From Psammoneis japonica (lineage: Eukaryota), in assembly GCA_008632985.1 (NCBI GenBank), contig QPGO01000056.1, positions 124,001 to 188,000 of the forward strand: DNA of 64,000 nt. The letters run 5' to 3'. Both the position numbers and the translations under genes were made by a program. The notes below the pieces were generated by a model. That model searched no databases. It saw only the letters and a program-made list of their open reading frames with translations, and was not told the origin of the DNA. Below, in pieces: positions 37,397 through 51,589 of the stretch (the first letter of the stretch is position 1; each line of letters starts with the position of its first letter).

Positions 37397-38628
37397 TTAC
37401 ACCTCAACGTTGGTGCATTCCGCCGTCTTGCTGAACCGTTTCAAAATGCCAGCGGTCACCTTTCCGGGTCCAAGTTCAAAGGCTTTTTCGAAATCCTTCG
37501 ACAGCATGGTATCCATGGTGTTCTCCCAGAGTACTGGCGAAGTAACCTGCGTTGCCAACAGCTTCTTGATGGTATCAGGGTCTGAGTGAGGCTTGGCATC
37601 AACGTTGCTGATTACTGGGATTCTTGGCTTTTTGATTTCGACTTCCTTCAAAACTTCCTCGAGAGCGGCAACGGCGGGTTTCATAAAGTCAGTGTGGAAG
37701 GCACCGGCAACAGCAAGCTTCACTGTCATGCGTGCTTTAAATTCCGGCTTTGCAATCTCTGCAACGACATCACAAGCCTTGGAGGAACCACTCACGGCGT
37801 AGTTGCCGTTGCAGAGGAAGTTGGCAATTTGAATAGATTCACCGCTTTTCTCCGATGCCATCTCACAGAGTTCAGCAACTTTGTCCGAACCAAGCCCAAT
37901 CACCGACACCATGCCAGAGTCAACTGCGTCAGAGGCGGCCTGCATGGCTTCTCCGCGTGCCTTGGTGATCTTGACACCATCCGCAAAGGAAAGGGCATCC
38001 GCAAAGCAGAGAGCAGAGTACTCTCCCAAACTCAGACCCATGGCACAAGTAGCAGCATCAATTGCTTCTTCTCCTTGTTCTTGACGCAACTTTTCGACAG
38101 CCGCCATGCTTGCAACAAAAATGGCTGGTTGAGACACCTCGGTCGAGTCCAAAAGCTCCTTTGGTCCGTTTGTGCATCGCTCTAGCAAATCATAACCGAG
38201 AATCTCACTGGCTTCGTCGAAAAGAGCCTTTGCTGCCGGAACCTCCTCGCAAACGGTCCCACACATGCCTACAAACTGTGCGCCTTGTCCAGGGAACATG
38301 AACGCAACCTAAAACATATTGTAAAAAAATGAGGTGCTTCTTTGTGAGAAAGATATTTGAAAAAGGATTCAGTTCCGAGTGGAAACCCCTACATGACAGC
38401 GTTTTTTTTTTTTCGTGATTTGCTCCACAAACTTGGAGAACAAACGGTTTGTTGCAATAGTATATCCGCAAAAACAACACTCACCTTGGTTGAGAAATCG
38501 TCAAAATCGTTGTCACTTGCAAAAATTGACATGGCACGTCTTCCAACGCTTTTTTGCGCGGGAACAAACGCCGCGGCGAATCTAGTAGCTGTGATGAGCA
38601 TCATGCCGAGAGAACAAATACGAGCCAT
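37397..38628 (-). CDS. fabD: Plastid malonyl-CoA:ACP transacylase
   Basis: Motifs FPGQGAQ, SQPAI, GLSLGEY and VAGAFH. AAA-FVP presequence. Intron 38484-38309. Confidence 0.95.
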
Positions 38629-38947
38629 GTTGTCTTGGGATACCTTCTTGCGCGACTGTATGTTGCTTGGTTGGATTTGCGTTCGTTTACGAAGAATCGA
38701 AAATGTGATGCAACATCCACAAAAGCCGTTTGCCGATTGCGTCGTCTTGCTTTCTCAAAATCTTGTGCGGTCGCCACGCCGCAGTTTGTGCGACGAAACG
38801 TCGCATACGTCATCGTGGGTGTTTGGTCGAAGTGGTCAACTCTAGCCACATGCTCACGCCAGCTTGCTAGAGTACGGTACTAAAGGCACCCTACTTCTAC
38901 TTCCTTCTACTACTCTCTAGTAGCTACTTCAGAGTAGTAGTAGTAGT

Positions 38948-39130
38948 NNNNNNNNNNNNNNNNNNNNNNNNNNNNNNNNNNNNNNNNNNNNNNNNNNNNN
39001 NNNNNNNNNNNNNNNNNNNNNNNNNNNNNNNNNNNNNNNNNNNNNNNNNNNNNNNNNNNNNNNNNNNNNNNNNNNNNNNNNNNNNNNNNNNNNNNNNNNN
39101 NNNNNNNNNNNNNNNNNNNNNNNNNNNNNN
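38948..39130. other. Assembly gap (N run)
   Basis: Run of n, preceded by a (TAG)n tract. Confidence 1.
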
Positions 39131-39449
39131 TAGGATCTCTCGAACGATCTCAATGTGTGGATTAAAGTCACGGCTTTTTGATGTGGTTGAGAGCAGAGTT
39201 GGTCTTAGGTAGAGTGTGATTAGCTTCATCTAATTACTTTATGAAGTGCCCTCGAATCACAAACAACCACATCGAGTATGCTGCAAGGCAGTCACGTGAT
39301 ACGTGCCAAGAAGAGAGTCCATTGTTACAAAATGTCTTTCGTCGTCCCCATCCGTTCGCGTACATGATGATATCGATGGGTGTCAAGCAGTTTTCCTGCC
39401 CAGTCTTAATACTTCAGAAGAAGAGAGCACAATACACGTATTTCCTATT

Positions 39450-42137
39450 TTAGAACAAGGACTGTGGTATTTCTAAATTGCCAGTTCCACCAGGAACCAA
39501 TCGATGCAGCTGATGTGATGAGAGCTCATCATCTGTCACCCTCTGACAACATTGAGGCATCATCGTCCGACTCAAAGTGATGCTGTTCATCATCTTGCTC
39601 ATCCATTGCGTTTTCTGCATGATGGGACTCATTTGAGACAAATTGCCAGCTTCACCAACAAACTCTGCCAAGTCACCATCAACGCTGCTGGCGGAGGAGT
39701 CGTCCGAGTCACCCGTCCCAGGGCTGACGACACCATCATCATCTGACGATACATTCAAACGAAGGCACTTTAAGCTTGGCAGCTCGCTTTGCAAGTTTTC
39801 CAACCCTGGACCACTTTCAATGCCTCTGCAGCCGTATAGAGCCAGTGACTGTAACTTGACGAGACCACTGAAGAAGCGAAGGGCTGCAGAATTCACCCGG
39901 GTGTTGCTAAGATTGAGCGCCTTGAGGTTGCTGAGAGCCGCAAGAGCTGCGGCACCTCTATTTGTAATTCGCTCATTCTGGGATAGATTGAGGCTTTCTA
40001 GATTCTCAAGAGTTGCCAGCAAGGTGCAACCCAGATCCCCAATGCCCCCGCCACAAATTTCAAGACACTTGAGGGATTTGATTCTTGAAATGTGAGCACA
40101 ACCAAGATCTGTTACGCGACCAGAGAAGATGTCAAGAGACTGGAGGTTCGACAAATTGCGAAGGTAGGCAAGGCCATCGTCGCCGATCTCTCTGCTATCC
40201 AGATTGAGCACCTCAAGGTTGGTCATGTTTTCGATATGTCGAAGGCCAGCATTCGTCACGTTACAGTAAAAGAGCGACAGCTTGGTCAGCATGGTGAACT
40301 TTGGGAGATGCTGCATTCCCAAATCGGTGAGATCGGTGTCAGCAAGGTCTAGGGCGTTGAGATTTGGAACGACATTGTTATCGGCCAGTGTGAAATAGCC
40401 CAGTCGCCTACTGGGCACGAATCAAGGTTCAATTCTTCAAGCGAAGGCAAGTGCGTCACCTTTGCAAGATGTGAATCTCTTACTCCAGAATAACACAGCT
40501 CCATGATCTAAGAGAATTGATCTTTCCTTGCCATGACGAACGCCTAAACATAAAGATGGACAAAGTCACGGGTGAGTGACAAACAAAACCTATTCGCATC
40601 GGCAACACTTGCGGCATGACTTACAGGATACCCGGGCAGTACGATACGTCAAGTGTACGGAGGTTTGGTAACTTTCCAAGTGTATTTCCAAGAGCTGAGC
40701 TACCGACATTGGAACAACCGTTTAGGTCTAGCTCCTCCAAGGCCGTCAATGATCCAACGTGATCAATACCAGCATCTGTGATGGGACAGCGAGCCAAGCG
40801 TAGCACCTTGAGTGTGATGTTTCGACCGGCTTGTTTCGTGAGGATCTCAACCCCGCGGTCTGTCACAGAGCGACACCAGCCCAACGAAAGCTCGTCAAGT
40901 AAATCCAGGTCGCCAAGATAATCCAAACCGTCGTCCGTGAGAAGATCACACTGCGATAAATCAAGCTTGCGGAGATCGCACAAGCCAGACATGGCCGCAA
41001 GAGAACGGTCCGTGAGACAACGACATCCATCTAGAGACAATGCCTCCAGAGATGTCAAGTGGGAAATGTTGATGACAGCTTCATCCGTAAGACGCCGGCA
41101 GTTTGCCAAGGAAAGCGTATGGAGACGATACGAGGAAGAAAACGCCAAAAGGCCACGACCAACCAGAGCGTGGCAGTTGTCGAGCTTGGCAACCTCGAGA
41201 GAATGCAAATCGTTCCTCAATTGGAGTAGGCCCTTGTCCGTGAGTCTCTGTGACCCACGCAAGTCCAACACGGCGAGATTCGACGTGAGTGATGGTGTAA
41301 GTGTCACCGGTATCGGTATGTGCTCCATGTAATTCATGGAAAAATCTCCCATCGGATACGTCGGCGGGGAGGTTTGCGTCAACGCAGCGTTCGAGAAACT
41401 CTCCATGTTGGTCTCGGACATTCTTTCTTCATGAGAAGGAACATATGGCGTGGATGATGCAGAGACAAAAGAGGAAGTGGAGCAAGACGAAGATTCGTCC
41501 ACAACCTCTTGGTGCTTAGTCCCGGTAGCCAACGCCTCATAAGGATCATCCAACTCCATCGCATCAAAGTTCCCATCAGGCTGGGACAATGGCGACACCA
41601 CCGGTGAAGATGGGAGGCTTCGAGTGGTCAAAGGGGCTAGCCATTCATCCGTCACACCACGGCAGCCAGCAAGAGAGAGTGTTCCAAGTTCGCAGTTCTG
41701 AAGAGCTCGAAGTGTCGTGGCGTTGAGAGCTGAATGCTGCATCAATGAACGGACAATATCGTCCACAACATCTTGAGGAAGGCCGTAAGGTAAGACGCCA
41801 TCAAGGTCAGGAAGAGACCTACAAATCTCATCAGTACAGAGCTCTACGAGGCTCTTAGGAGAACGCCGGCTGTCGCCTTCGGGAACATAATTGTCTTCGA
41901 CTGGATAGAGCGAAGCTATTGATCGATCCGGAACCTAAACATAAAAGATAAGCACAACATTGTTAGATCTTGTAACAATAGGGAAAAAGATATGATATCA
42001 GTGGTGATAGATTCTACACATTCGCGTACCTCAGTATCGACAGAGTGTCGAAGAGCACGAGCGGTTACCGGAGTCCCGTTCCCATTTCGAGAACTTGTTC
42101 CACTATCCCTCGCCTGTTTGGATTTTTGAAAAATCAT
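39450..42137 (-). CDS. Leucine-rich-repeat protein (cysteine-containing LRR, FBXL14-like)
   Basis: Many LxxLxLxxCxxLTDxGL repeats and an N-terminal PKSLVELC motif. Introns near 42027-41936 and 40624-40545. Apparent frameshifts near 40420 and 39600, so the ends are approximate. Confidence 0.8.
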
Positions 42138-42811
42138 CAAGGCACAAGAGGCTGGTAAGACAAGAACACGAAATACAGCAAAGGATGCAACTGTATTTAG
42201 CCGCTACGCCTCAAAGGCGACGCACATGCGTCACTGTGACAGAAAAAAATCGCACCTGATGTCTTCGTCGATGTTGATGCCACTGTGACGCCCTTTGTCT
42301 CTGCAAAGAGCAGGAACCACCCATCATGATATGCCAGATACAAGTAAGCTATACAGATGCCTCAATACTCTGTGAAAAGCCGTTCTGGAGACCCTGATGC
42401 GGTTTGTTACAACTGCAGACGTGCCTAAAACGATCACAACAGAACAAAAGATGAGAGCAACATCATCAGCGAGGTGCAAGGTGTGTCACCAAATTCTCAA
42501 AATTCGAAATGCACATCTTCATCGATGTTGTTTGTTTATTTTGGAAAAACCCGGAAACTTGATGCGCTTCAACCGCGCGTTAGTTTCCCGCGCATTTTTG
42601 GAATTTGGAGTTCGCACCGACGACCGACAGGTTGACGATGAACTACAATATGTACGGTATTACATTCATCCTGCTTACTTTTGGCTTGTGGCTAATTGTT
42701 GTTAAGAAGTGCGGACCTACTTTGGCCTCCCCATACAAATTGTCAAAGTCAAGCACCTCTGAAGAAGATAGGTTTCATTTTCAATTTGTCGCAAATTGAG
42801 TTGAAAATAGG

Positions 42812-44416
42812 ATGGAATCGCTTTTCTGTGCAATCGGAAGCGAGACCAGTGTATTGACGGACGACGATATCCGACCAAAGCTCGTTTCATTTCTTGAATC
42901 GCTGGGGCCTCGTGACGATGTGCTGGTTCTACCCCCCGATTACACACGGTTTCATTCGCAAGCAGGAAAAATAACGAGATTTGTGGCAGAGTACTACAAC
43001 GTTGTTGATACCGCGACGACTGACAAGCCTTTACCAAAGAAACAAAAATTGATGGATAACGTGGCAACACCACCCGAGTTTAAAATCATGCCGGCTTTGG
43101 GGACCCATGCGCCCATGACGGAGACTCAGATTAGGGCAATGTTTGGCGGGGAACTTGCAAACATGCAGCCCACGCCTTTTCTTGTTCATGATTGGAGAAA
43201 CGACGTTGAAACAATTGGATATGCACCGCCCGAAATGGTACGAGATCGACTGGTTTAGATACACGGCCAAACGGCGTATTATCCCTAGCTAATAGTTGTG
43301 ATTTTCTTTCCGCAGGTTAGCCAGGCAACCAATGGAATGGTCAACCAACCTTGGCCAGCGCAGCTGAACAAACTAGTGTGGAGCAAGCGGCATACGAGTC
43401 GTCGGGATGGCAAGAAACCCCTCGTGTTGTCCGTTGGTCAGGTCGTGCCGCACGAAGTGACTGGAATGGCAAATTTCAACAAGAATCTCTTTGTGGGGGT
43501 CGGTGGTGTCGAGGCCATCAATCTTTCTCATTTCATTGGTGCCGTTTACGGAATGGAAAACATGATGGGGCGGTCTTCTAATCCTCTTCGATCAATTCTA
43601 AATTATGCCAGCAACGAGTTTCTTCACAATGAGCTTGATTTGTGGTATATTTTAACAGTCATGGGGACCGACTCTGATACAGGAAATCTAGTGATGCGGG
43701 GATTCTACATTGGGAACAACGTTCAATGCTACGAAGATGCTTGTGCCTTGAGTCTCAAGGTGAACTTTAACCTGCTTGATAAATCTCCCACAAAGTTTGT
43801 CGTGCATCTCGACAAGGATGAATTTCACTCGACATGGTTGGGGAACAAAGCCATTTATCGCACTAGAATGGCAATCGCGGATGGCGGTGAAATTGTGATT
43901 CTTGCTCCGGGTGTGGAGAGGTTCGGAGAAGATGATCACGTTGACAAACTCATTCGCAAATATGGATACGTTGGAACGAAAGCTATTTTGGATCGAATGG
44001 AAGAGAATGAAGAACTGAAAGAAAACCTCTCTGCGGTTGCCCACCTCATACATGGAAGCTCCGAAGGAAGATTTCGCGTGACGTACTGTCCGGGGCACTT
44101 GACAAAGGAGGAAATTGAATCAGTCGGATTTGAATACGGGGATCTTTCAATCATGAGTACTCGCTATGACACCAAGGTTCTTCGAGATGGTTGGAATACA
44201 GAGGTGTCTAGCAATGGTGAGAAAAGAGACTTTTTCTACGTGAGTAATCCGGCTCTTGGTCTCTGGGCAACAGAAAGTCGTTTTGAAAACGCAAAGTCTA
44301 CCAGTAGCGACAACAAAGCCGACACGATAGCGACGATTTCCTCAAGACAAGTTCCACCAGCCGGAACTGGTGATGTTGGTGGTTGGGCAAAGTCACCTCC
44401 ACTTTCTGACCCATGA
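42812..44416 (+). CDS. LarA/DUF2088 (lactate racemase-domain) epimerase-like protein
   Basis: Motifs PPDYTRFHS, PALGTHAPMT, HDWR, GQVVPHEV.GMANFNKN and STWLGNKAIYRTR. Intron 43238-43315. Confidence 0.8.
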
Positions 44417-44837
44417 GTTATTAGTGAGATGTGAAGGTCACTTCTATAAACTGCCATAAGAACAAGTTCATTGTCGGCTCGGGATTTGCTCAGCTGCGTT
44501 TAGAGCATCGTTGCTGCCAACCAAAGCACGTCTTGACATAAGTTCAATCCACTTCAGCTCTAATAATCAAAAATTTTGAGCACCAATTGTTTCTCATTGT
44601 CCCATGGTTATATCCCCTGCAAAGTACTTCTATCTGTTGTTGTTTTTGGTGGGAAGTTCAAGGACCAAAAAAGCAGTACCCGGCAAGCAGACAGACGAGA
44701 AAGAGATATAATAAAATTATTATGTCTGAATATGTTTTTACCGAGTTGTACCCTACGTACGTTTTCTACTGTGTCTACGTACCGCGGTTTTGCCAGCGGT
44801 CTTTTTCGCCATGGTGCGGAGCGACAATTGCTCGCCA

Positions 44838-46794
44838 ATGACGTTCTTTAGCAACATGCTTCCACTTGGGCTTTTGCTCCTATCGTTTCTCCCCGGTGTT
44901 ATTTCCGAGATAAGGAGCTTTGAGGGAAAAATTGACGCGACATCCAAGTTCATTCATTACAGTGACGGATATCTCAATGCGCCGGGATTTGTCTCGTGAG
45001 TAGTTGCTGTTTTGTTCTCTTCGCAATTTCCCCCGGTCTTTTCTCTGATTTTAGTTCCGTGATTTTTCTTCCTTTTGGTATATCATTACAGTCTTTCGGA
45101 TTTAGTATTTAGTACTGTGGATGATGAGTCTGAGAAAAATGACGACGAATCCGGTGATGATGCCGTGGACGACAACAAAGCCAGTTCTTCTGTAAGTCTT
45201 TCTTTCCGAAACTCTTGACCGGCTTTTTTTTTTCAGAGTCCTAAACAGATTTTGTTTCCATGACTTTGTATATAGGTGGATATTGTCTTTTTTCATGAGG
45301 TGAGCTTTTCCAATTTTCTCAGCTGTACATAGCGTTATGATACACAGGGCACTCTGTCTCTGAAACTTTTGATTGTCTTTCTCCTTTTTTACTTTTAGCC
45401 GAGCAGTTGTGCCAACAGTCGAACTGGTTGTGATTGGACGGAACTGGGTGTAGGCGCCTTTGATCCCGACGAAGGTCTTCGGTGGTGTTGTTCCCAAGAA
45501 GCTGCCGACCTGGGCATGTGCGACGGCGGGAACCAGTATGGCAGACTGATTGTAAACGTGACGAAATTTACGGGTCTTCATCGTTTTATTCCTGTTCCTC
45601 CGACGGGAAAGATGGAAAGCAGAATCAAATATGGCAAGCTGGAGGAACCCACGGAAAGTGGGAAGTACGTGATTGTGTTTGCAAACTGTAATGACGAAGG
45701 TCGCGATGTCATGGTGTCTGGGGAGTATATTTGGAAGTCGGTGCACGGGTATCTTCCAGGAAATCTATTCCCGGCCATGTACTTCTTCTTGGCCTTGACA
45801 ATTGTCTACTTATTGTATTTTGTTGGTACGGGATGAGCATGAGGCTGTATGAAGATTCCATCATTCCTATTCAGAAATGGGTGCTTTTGACGATTTTTCT
45901 TGGTTTTCTCGAGACTTTCTTCAAGACGGGCGATTACTTTGTCTGGAATGAAGATGGTACTCGGTTCTGGTTTACAATGTACACTGGTAAGTAATTTGTT
46001 CGGTATATCCGTTATGTCAAATCCACGGAATTCCATGCTTATTTTCTCGTCGATTTCTGAGTTTAGGCGTCGCTATTGGTGTAATGAAGCGAGGGATTTC
46101 GCGCTGTCTGGTCTTGGTAGTTTCTCTTGGGTGGGGTGTCACTCGCAACGACCTTGGGAACCAAATGAAAAAAATCCTGGCTCTCGGTATTGTCTATGTT
46201 GGTACTGCCGCTGCTAGAGACATTATGGCTCTCTTTGCTTACTCGGAAAACCAGGTACTAAGTATTGACGAGGAAGAAGAGCTGTTCAGCATTGTCACGA
46301 TACTTGCATTCGTCGTGGCCGCTATCGATGTTGCCTTTTATTTATGGATTCTCGATGCACTGAACGGAACAATGGTTTACTTGGAGGACAGGAACCAACG
46401 GATGAAACTGAAGCGGTACCTTCGGTTGCGTTGCATTCTCCTAATATCAATTCTTTTTGCTGTAATATGGTCAGTCTTTGGGATTGTGAACAGCGTCATG
46501 GATGATGCCATTTTTGAAGAGACACAGGAATGGGCAATGTTGGCCTCCTGGGAGTTTAATTACCTCTTTGTTCTAGTTTCTGTCGCCATTCTTTGGAGGC
46601 CGACCCCCAATGCGAAAGAATACGCGTATGTTATGGAGCTTCCGGCCATCGGAGGAAACGCGGAATTCGAAGGCACGGTCCCTTCGGCTAATGATGAAGA
46701 AGACGGGGAGGAAGAAAAGTACGATGGTAATGGCTACACCGACGAAGTTGACAACGATGAGAAACTCAAGGTCGATGATGCGGTAGACGCTTAG
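44838..46794 (+). CDS. GOST-family seven-transmembrane protein (TMEM87/GPR107-like)
   Basis: Signal peptide, luminal domain, GYLP motif, KRGISRCL..VVSLGWGV and ILWRPTPNAKEYAY. Multi-exon, with an apparent frameshift near 45820. Confidence 0.85.
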
Positions 46795-47296
46795 TGATAA
46801 AATTCGATACAGTAACGATCTCAGCGAAAGTTAGAATTTTCCTCAGTCTAGTAGAGAGAATCGTCAAATGTGTACTAGTAGATTCTTTTGGGTTGAATTT
46901 TGATTGGAGTCTAAGGTATTCATATTTGCCCTTGGTAGGAACTCCTTCGCTTTCACCATGGCTGATGCAAATATTATGTACGGTATCTCTTGGACAAACA
47001 GATGAATCATCCAAAGTTGTGACTAAAACACGAAAAACAGAGCAGACGACAATGCACAGAAAGTGACGAAGCAGAGCCTAGACTATTTTACAGAACTTCT
47101 GGTTTACAAGACTAGACCCAAGGTTTTCGCCACTATAATCACGGGATCAGCATACAGCTGTCCAAAATACAAGTAGAATGTAAAGGCAAGACCACGCTAC
47201 AGCTCCAATGTAGGATACTTTCTACTGCAACCTTCTGAGAGAAAGTAGTGGAACCCCATCAAGGAGTAGTTGTACGTAGGATTACCCACATGCCCA

Positions 47297-48269
<973 letters not shown>

Positions 48270-48840
48270 GGCGTCGTTTGCTTTGGTTGCAATCGATGTT
48301 GTTGTGTTGTGTTGTGCGCTCGCAGTTTGTTCGTTGATTTCGTGGTGGTTCCTATGTACGTGACTTTTGTACCAAGCCAACGCATTGAGATTTTGATTTG
48401 AATGCATCCGTTTCGAATCGATGCGGCGACTTTTTTGGTCATTGAAATGTTCATGCTGTTGCATGCCGCGACGACAGCCGCCATTTTTGCCGTACAATTG
48501 TCGTACATCTGCACGGGGTCATATTCATAACCAACCATATTAACGATTGATGATGCGAGCGATCCCGCCCAGAAGTTTGAATAATAAAGGTTATAAGAGC
48601 TTAATAATAGATATTAAATAATTCCTTTCTTAGCACTGTACAGAATTTCCATACATATCTCTATATTTTATTAGTATACGAATACATAAATAAAGTTGGG
48701 CCCATAAACGTCGCATATGCGCGCGCATCGCATGTCAGACGGACTCCGCCAATCATCGAGCGAGGGAGCGCGCGCGCCAGCGAGCTCCTCACCTCGATCG
48801 ATAAGCCATGTGCAGGGGTTATGACTCCCGAAAAACAGGA

Positions 48841-49298
48841 TTTGGGCCGATTTCTGGTACAAAACTCACGTAGAAAATTCGCGTAGAATATCTTGTTCGT
48901 CGTGCTTTTCCCGTGCTTTGCGAAAAATAGGCCACGACCTCAAGGAATCGATTTCAGTCATAACGGTTGACACTTTGCGTACTTACTTTTTGATGACAAA
49001 CACGACGATGTCCACCGTTCGGCAAAATTCCATCATTGGAAAATGTTTGCCGTGGTGGTACCGTGGTGAAGTGTTGATCGAATTTCTGAAAATGGAATTT
49101 TGAAGTGTTCACGCACAGAATCGTGTTACTTATGTAAAAGTCATCATGTAAAGTGTCAATGGTTTCAGGGGAAAACGATTCCTTGAGGCGTCGGTGGAGC
49201 AGAGAAGCACGGTAGAAGCACGAGAAAAAAATCGGCCCAAACCCTTAATTTTTATATAATTTTTTCTACGTAGAATTTCTACGTGATTTTTGTACCAG
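48841..49298. mobile_element. MITE-like element with imperfect inverted repeats
   Basis: ctggtacaaaactcacgtagaa (48854) is inverted at 49264-49298. Further inverted blocks pair 48900-48918 with 49205-49223, and 48841-48853 with 49229-49241. Confidence 0.55.
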
Positions 49299-49611
49299 TG
49301 CACATGGCATAGTAGAGTCGGTCGAGCGGATCGCTTGATGGCGATGGCTGATGCGATGTTCAATGAATGTTGTTGGCACACAACTGACGACATACGTCTA
49401 CAGATTAGATCCAATCTATCCTTGTCAACGCCAACTTCTGTAGAGTCAATCGGCACGTAGTTCCAGATTCCAAGAATCCTGTATAGTGATCTAGATGGCC
49501 CGCGCTCTTTAGCTTTGAGCGAGGAAGCTCTAAGGTCGAATAGGATTCTATCAAGAAGAGTACTTAAGAAAATTGTCGGTGATATAGCCTTGACTGCGGA
49601 AGAATTAAAAA

Positions 49612-50841
49612 ATGACATCGCTTCACAGAAGGTTCAATCAAGCAGGCGCTACAACACTTGTAGTGCTGCTTTTCCTGCTGGGTGTCAATGAGACACACGC
49701 CCTCTTTTTTCAGCCAAAGGTCGAACGCAAGCCGTATCCTAGCCTGAAACTTCGAGAAACTGACCGCCTTGGTATTCCTTACAAAGGAATCGCTGATGAT
49801 GCTGGAAAAGCTGCCTCTCTTCCTGGCTTTGCTCTCTCGTTGAACGCCGACTTTGGCACAACTCTTACCGAATCGCAGTTTGAAAAACTCAAAAAGACCT
49901 ATTGTGTTTGGTCCGAGACAAAGTCTCGTGTCAAGTGGAAACCAGGACGAAGGTACTACTTGTTGGACTTTTTGCCGCCACTTCTTCAGGCTGTCTCTGG
50001 CCTCCATTTTCGATCATCGCGAACCAAACAGAAAGGCCGACTTCCGTCCTTCTTGGGCGGACGGGTCAAAAAATATGTCGAGCAGGAAGTCTTGCTCACG
50101 AGCAACTGCTGGGGTTTTGCGTGGGAGGTCTTGTTCCAGGCTGACAATGCGGATACCCAATCAATGACCATTTCTACTGGCGATCCGACGAGTGCTTGGA
50201 GAGCTTTTACAGGTCCTGGATTTGACTTGATCCAGAGTAGTCGCACCAAACCAGCACTGCTTTCTGACCCTAAAATGAGAAACAAAAAGATCAAAGGCGG
50301 TGATGTTCTTCTCATTTGGCATCAGAATCCGTCAACGGTATCCGGGACGGACTTGTATTTGGATCATGTTGCTACCGTAATTGACGAAGATGTTTATTTC
50401 GAAAAGTCTGGAAGTGGTGACAAGGTTCCGTTTCGGGTCAACACTTGGGCCGGTTTGGTGGCAAACTTTCCTCCTTCAGTCTTCTTCTGGGAGTGGAGAC
50501 GCTTGCATCGGAATAACCCACTCTCTAGTGCTGTATATGGTAGTGTGGATAAGCTTCAACCAGCGACAGAGGTCTTTGGTGTGGACGCTCAGGAGCTGCA
50601 AGATCGAGATCGATTTTCTGTGCTTACCAAGCTTCGGCCTAATGTGGCCAAACGAATAAGTTTGCAAGCAGACACGGGAGACGATGGCCTCGTTGCGGCA
50701 CAAACCTACACGGGCATTATCGTGTTGGAAGATCTTGTGTTTGACAAGGAGACAGGACGTGCGCTTCTTCCAAGGAGTGCCTTTACGCCCGAGTGGTACA
50801 TGAAAGGTCTCGATTTGATACCCAGAAATCCTTATATTTAG
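49612..50841 (+). CDS. Hypothetical signal-peptide protein (possibly plastid-targeted)
   Basis: 409-aa intronless ORF with normal composition, a hydrophobic leader ending THA-LFF, and motifs NCWG and DHVA..YFEK. Confidence 0.75.
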   Translation: MTSLHRRFNQAGATTLVVLLFLLGVNETHALFFQPKVERKPYPSLKLRETDRLGIPYKGIADDAGKAASLPGFALSLNADFGTTLTESQFEKLKKTYCVWSETKSRVKWKPGRRYYLLDFLPPLLQAVSGLHFRSSRTKQKGRLPSFLGGRVKKYVEQEVLLTSNCWGFAWEVLFQADNADTQSMTISTGDPTSAWRAFTGPGFDLIQSSRTKPALLSDPKMRNKKIKGGDVLLIWHQNPSTVSGTDLYLDHVATVIDEDVYFEKSGSGDKVPFRVNTWAGLVANFPPSVFFWEWRRLHRNNPLSSAVYGSVDKLQPATEVFGVDAQELQDRDRFSVLTKLRPNVAKRISLQADTGDDGLVAAQTYTGIIVLEDLVFDKETGRALLPRSAFTPEWYMKGLDLIPRNPYI

Positions 50842-51589
50842 AGGGCAAGAGTGCATTCATTGGTTTCAGCGTTTTGCTTCAAATACGACTCTTTCACATG
50901 ATATCGACGAACTGGTTCCAACTCTTTCATTCTAGTACCTTGCAATGACGTCCACTCCAGATGAATTGGTAGAGTAGAACACCGTATATACACTACACAG
51001 CGAGTTCCATACTGTTGTCCGAATGACAGGAGGAACAGTTTCAATCGGCCTACGGCAACATTCTGGTTTTCTACTGATGTGAACGACTTAGCCGTTCTAC
51101 GGTACAGAACGAAACTTTGTAGTCAGAGAGACTTCTCGATAATGTGGCAGACTAGAGAGTCTACTCGAGGTAAGACTACTCGCGGTAGTAGGAATCCACG
51201 AACGTACTAACTCCAGCCATTGGTCATGCCAGTCATCAGGAAAGCATACAAAACTAACCGTGTGTCAATGTCCATTGCTGCTCATCCGCCACTCCACTAT
51301 GGTAACAGGTTGTGATTTTGACGATCAAAACAACTACAAGAAGTACCGGTATCCAACGCACGAGGTCTGGAACGATGTTTTCCGGCGCGCTAAAGCTCGC
51401 AAGAAGCAACTTTTCAAAAAATTTGAAATTCCAAAACGCAAGCACAACTTTTCGAACTTGGTCAAAAACGTGCCCCCTCCTCCCCATGGATTCAATGATG
51501 AACGACAATCCAGTTGGTGCCATCCATCGCACAATACTACCGTGGTGGCTTGCCCTCATAAATTGAACCATTCAGCACCCCAAACGACC

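Noticed and set aside
36420..45830. Frameshifts in the nucleotidase, LRR and GOST genes as programmed frameshifting or pseudogenes
   Set aside because: They are isolated 1-nt indels in otherwise intact genes, more simply explained as consensus errors. Read data are needed to confirm.
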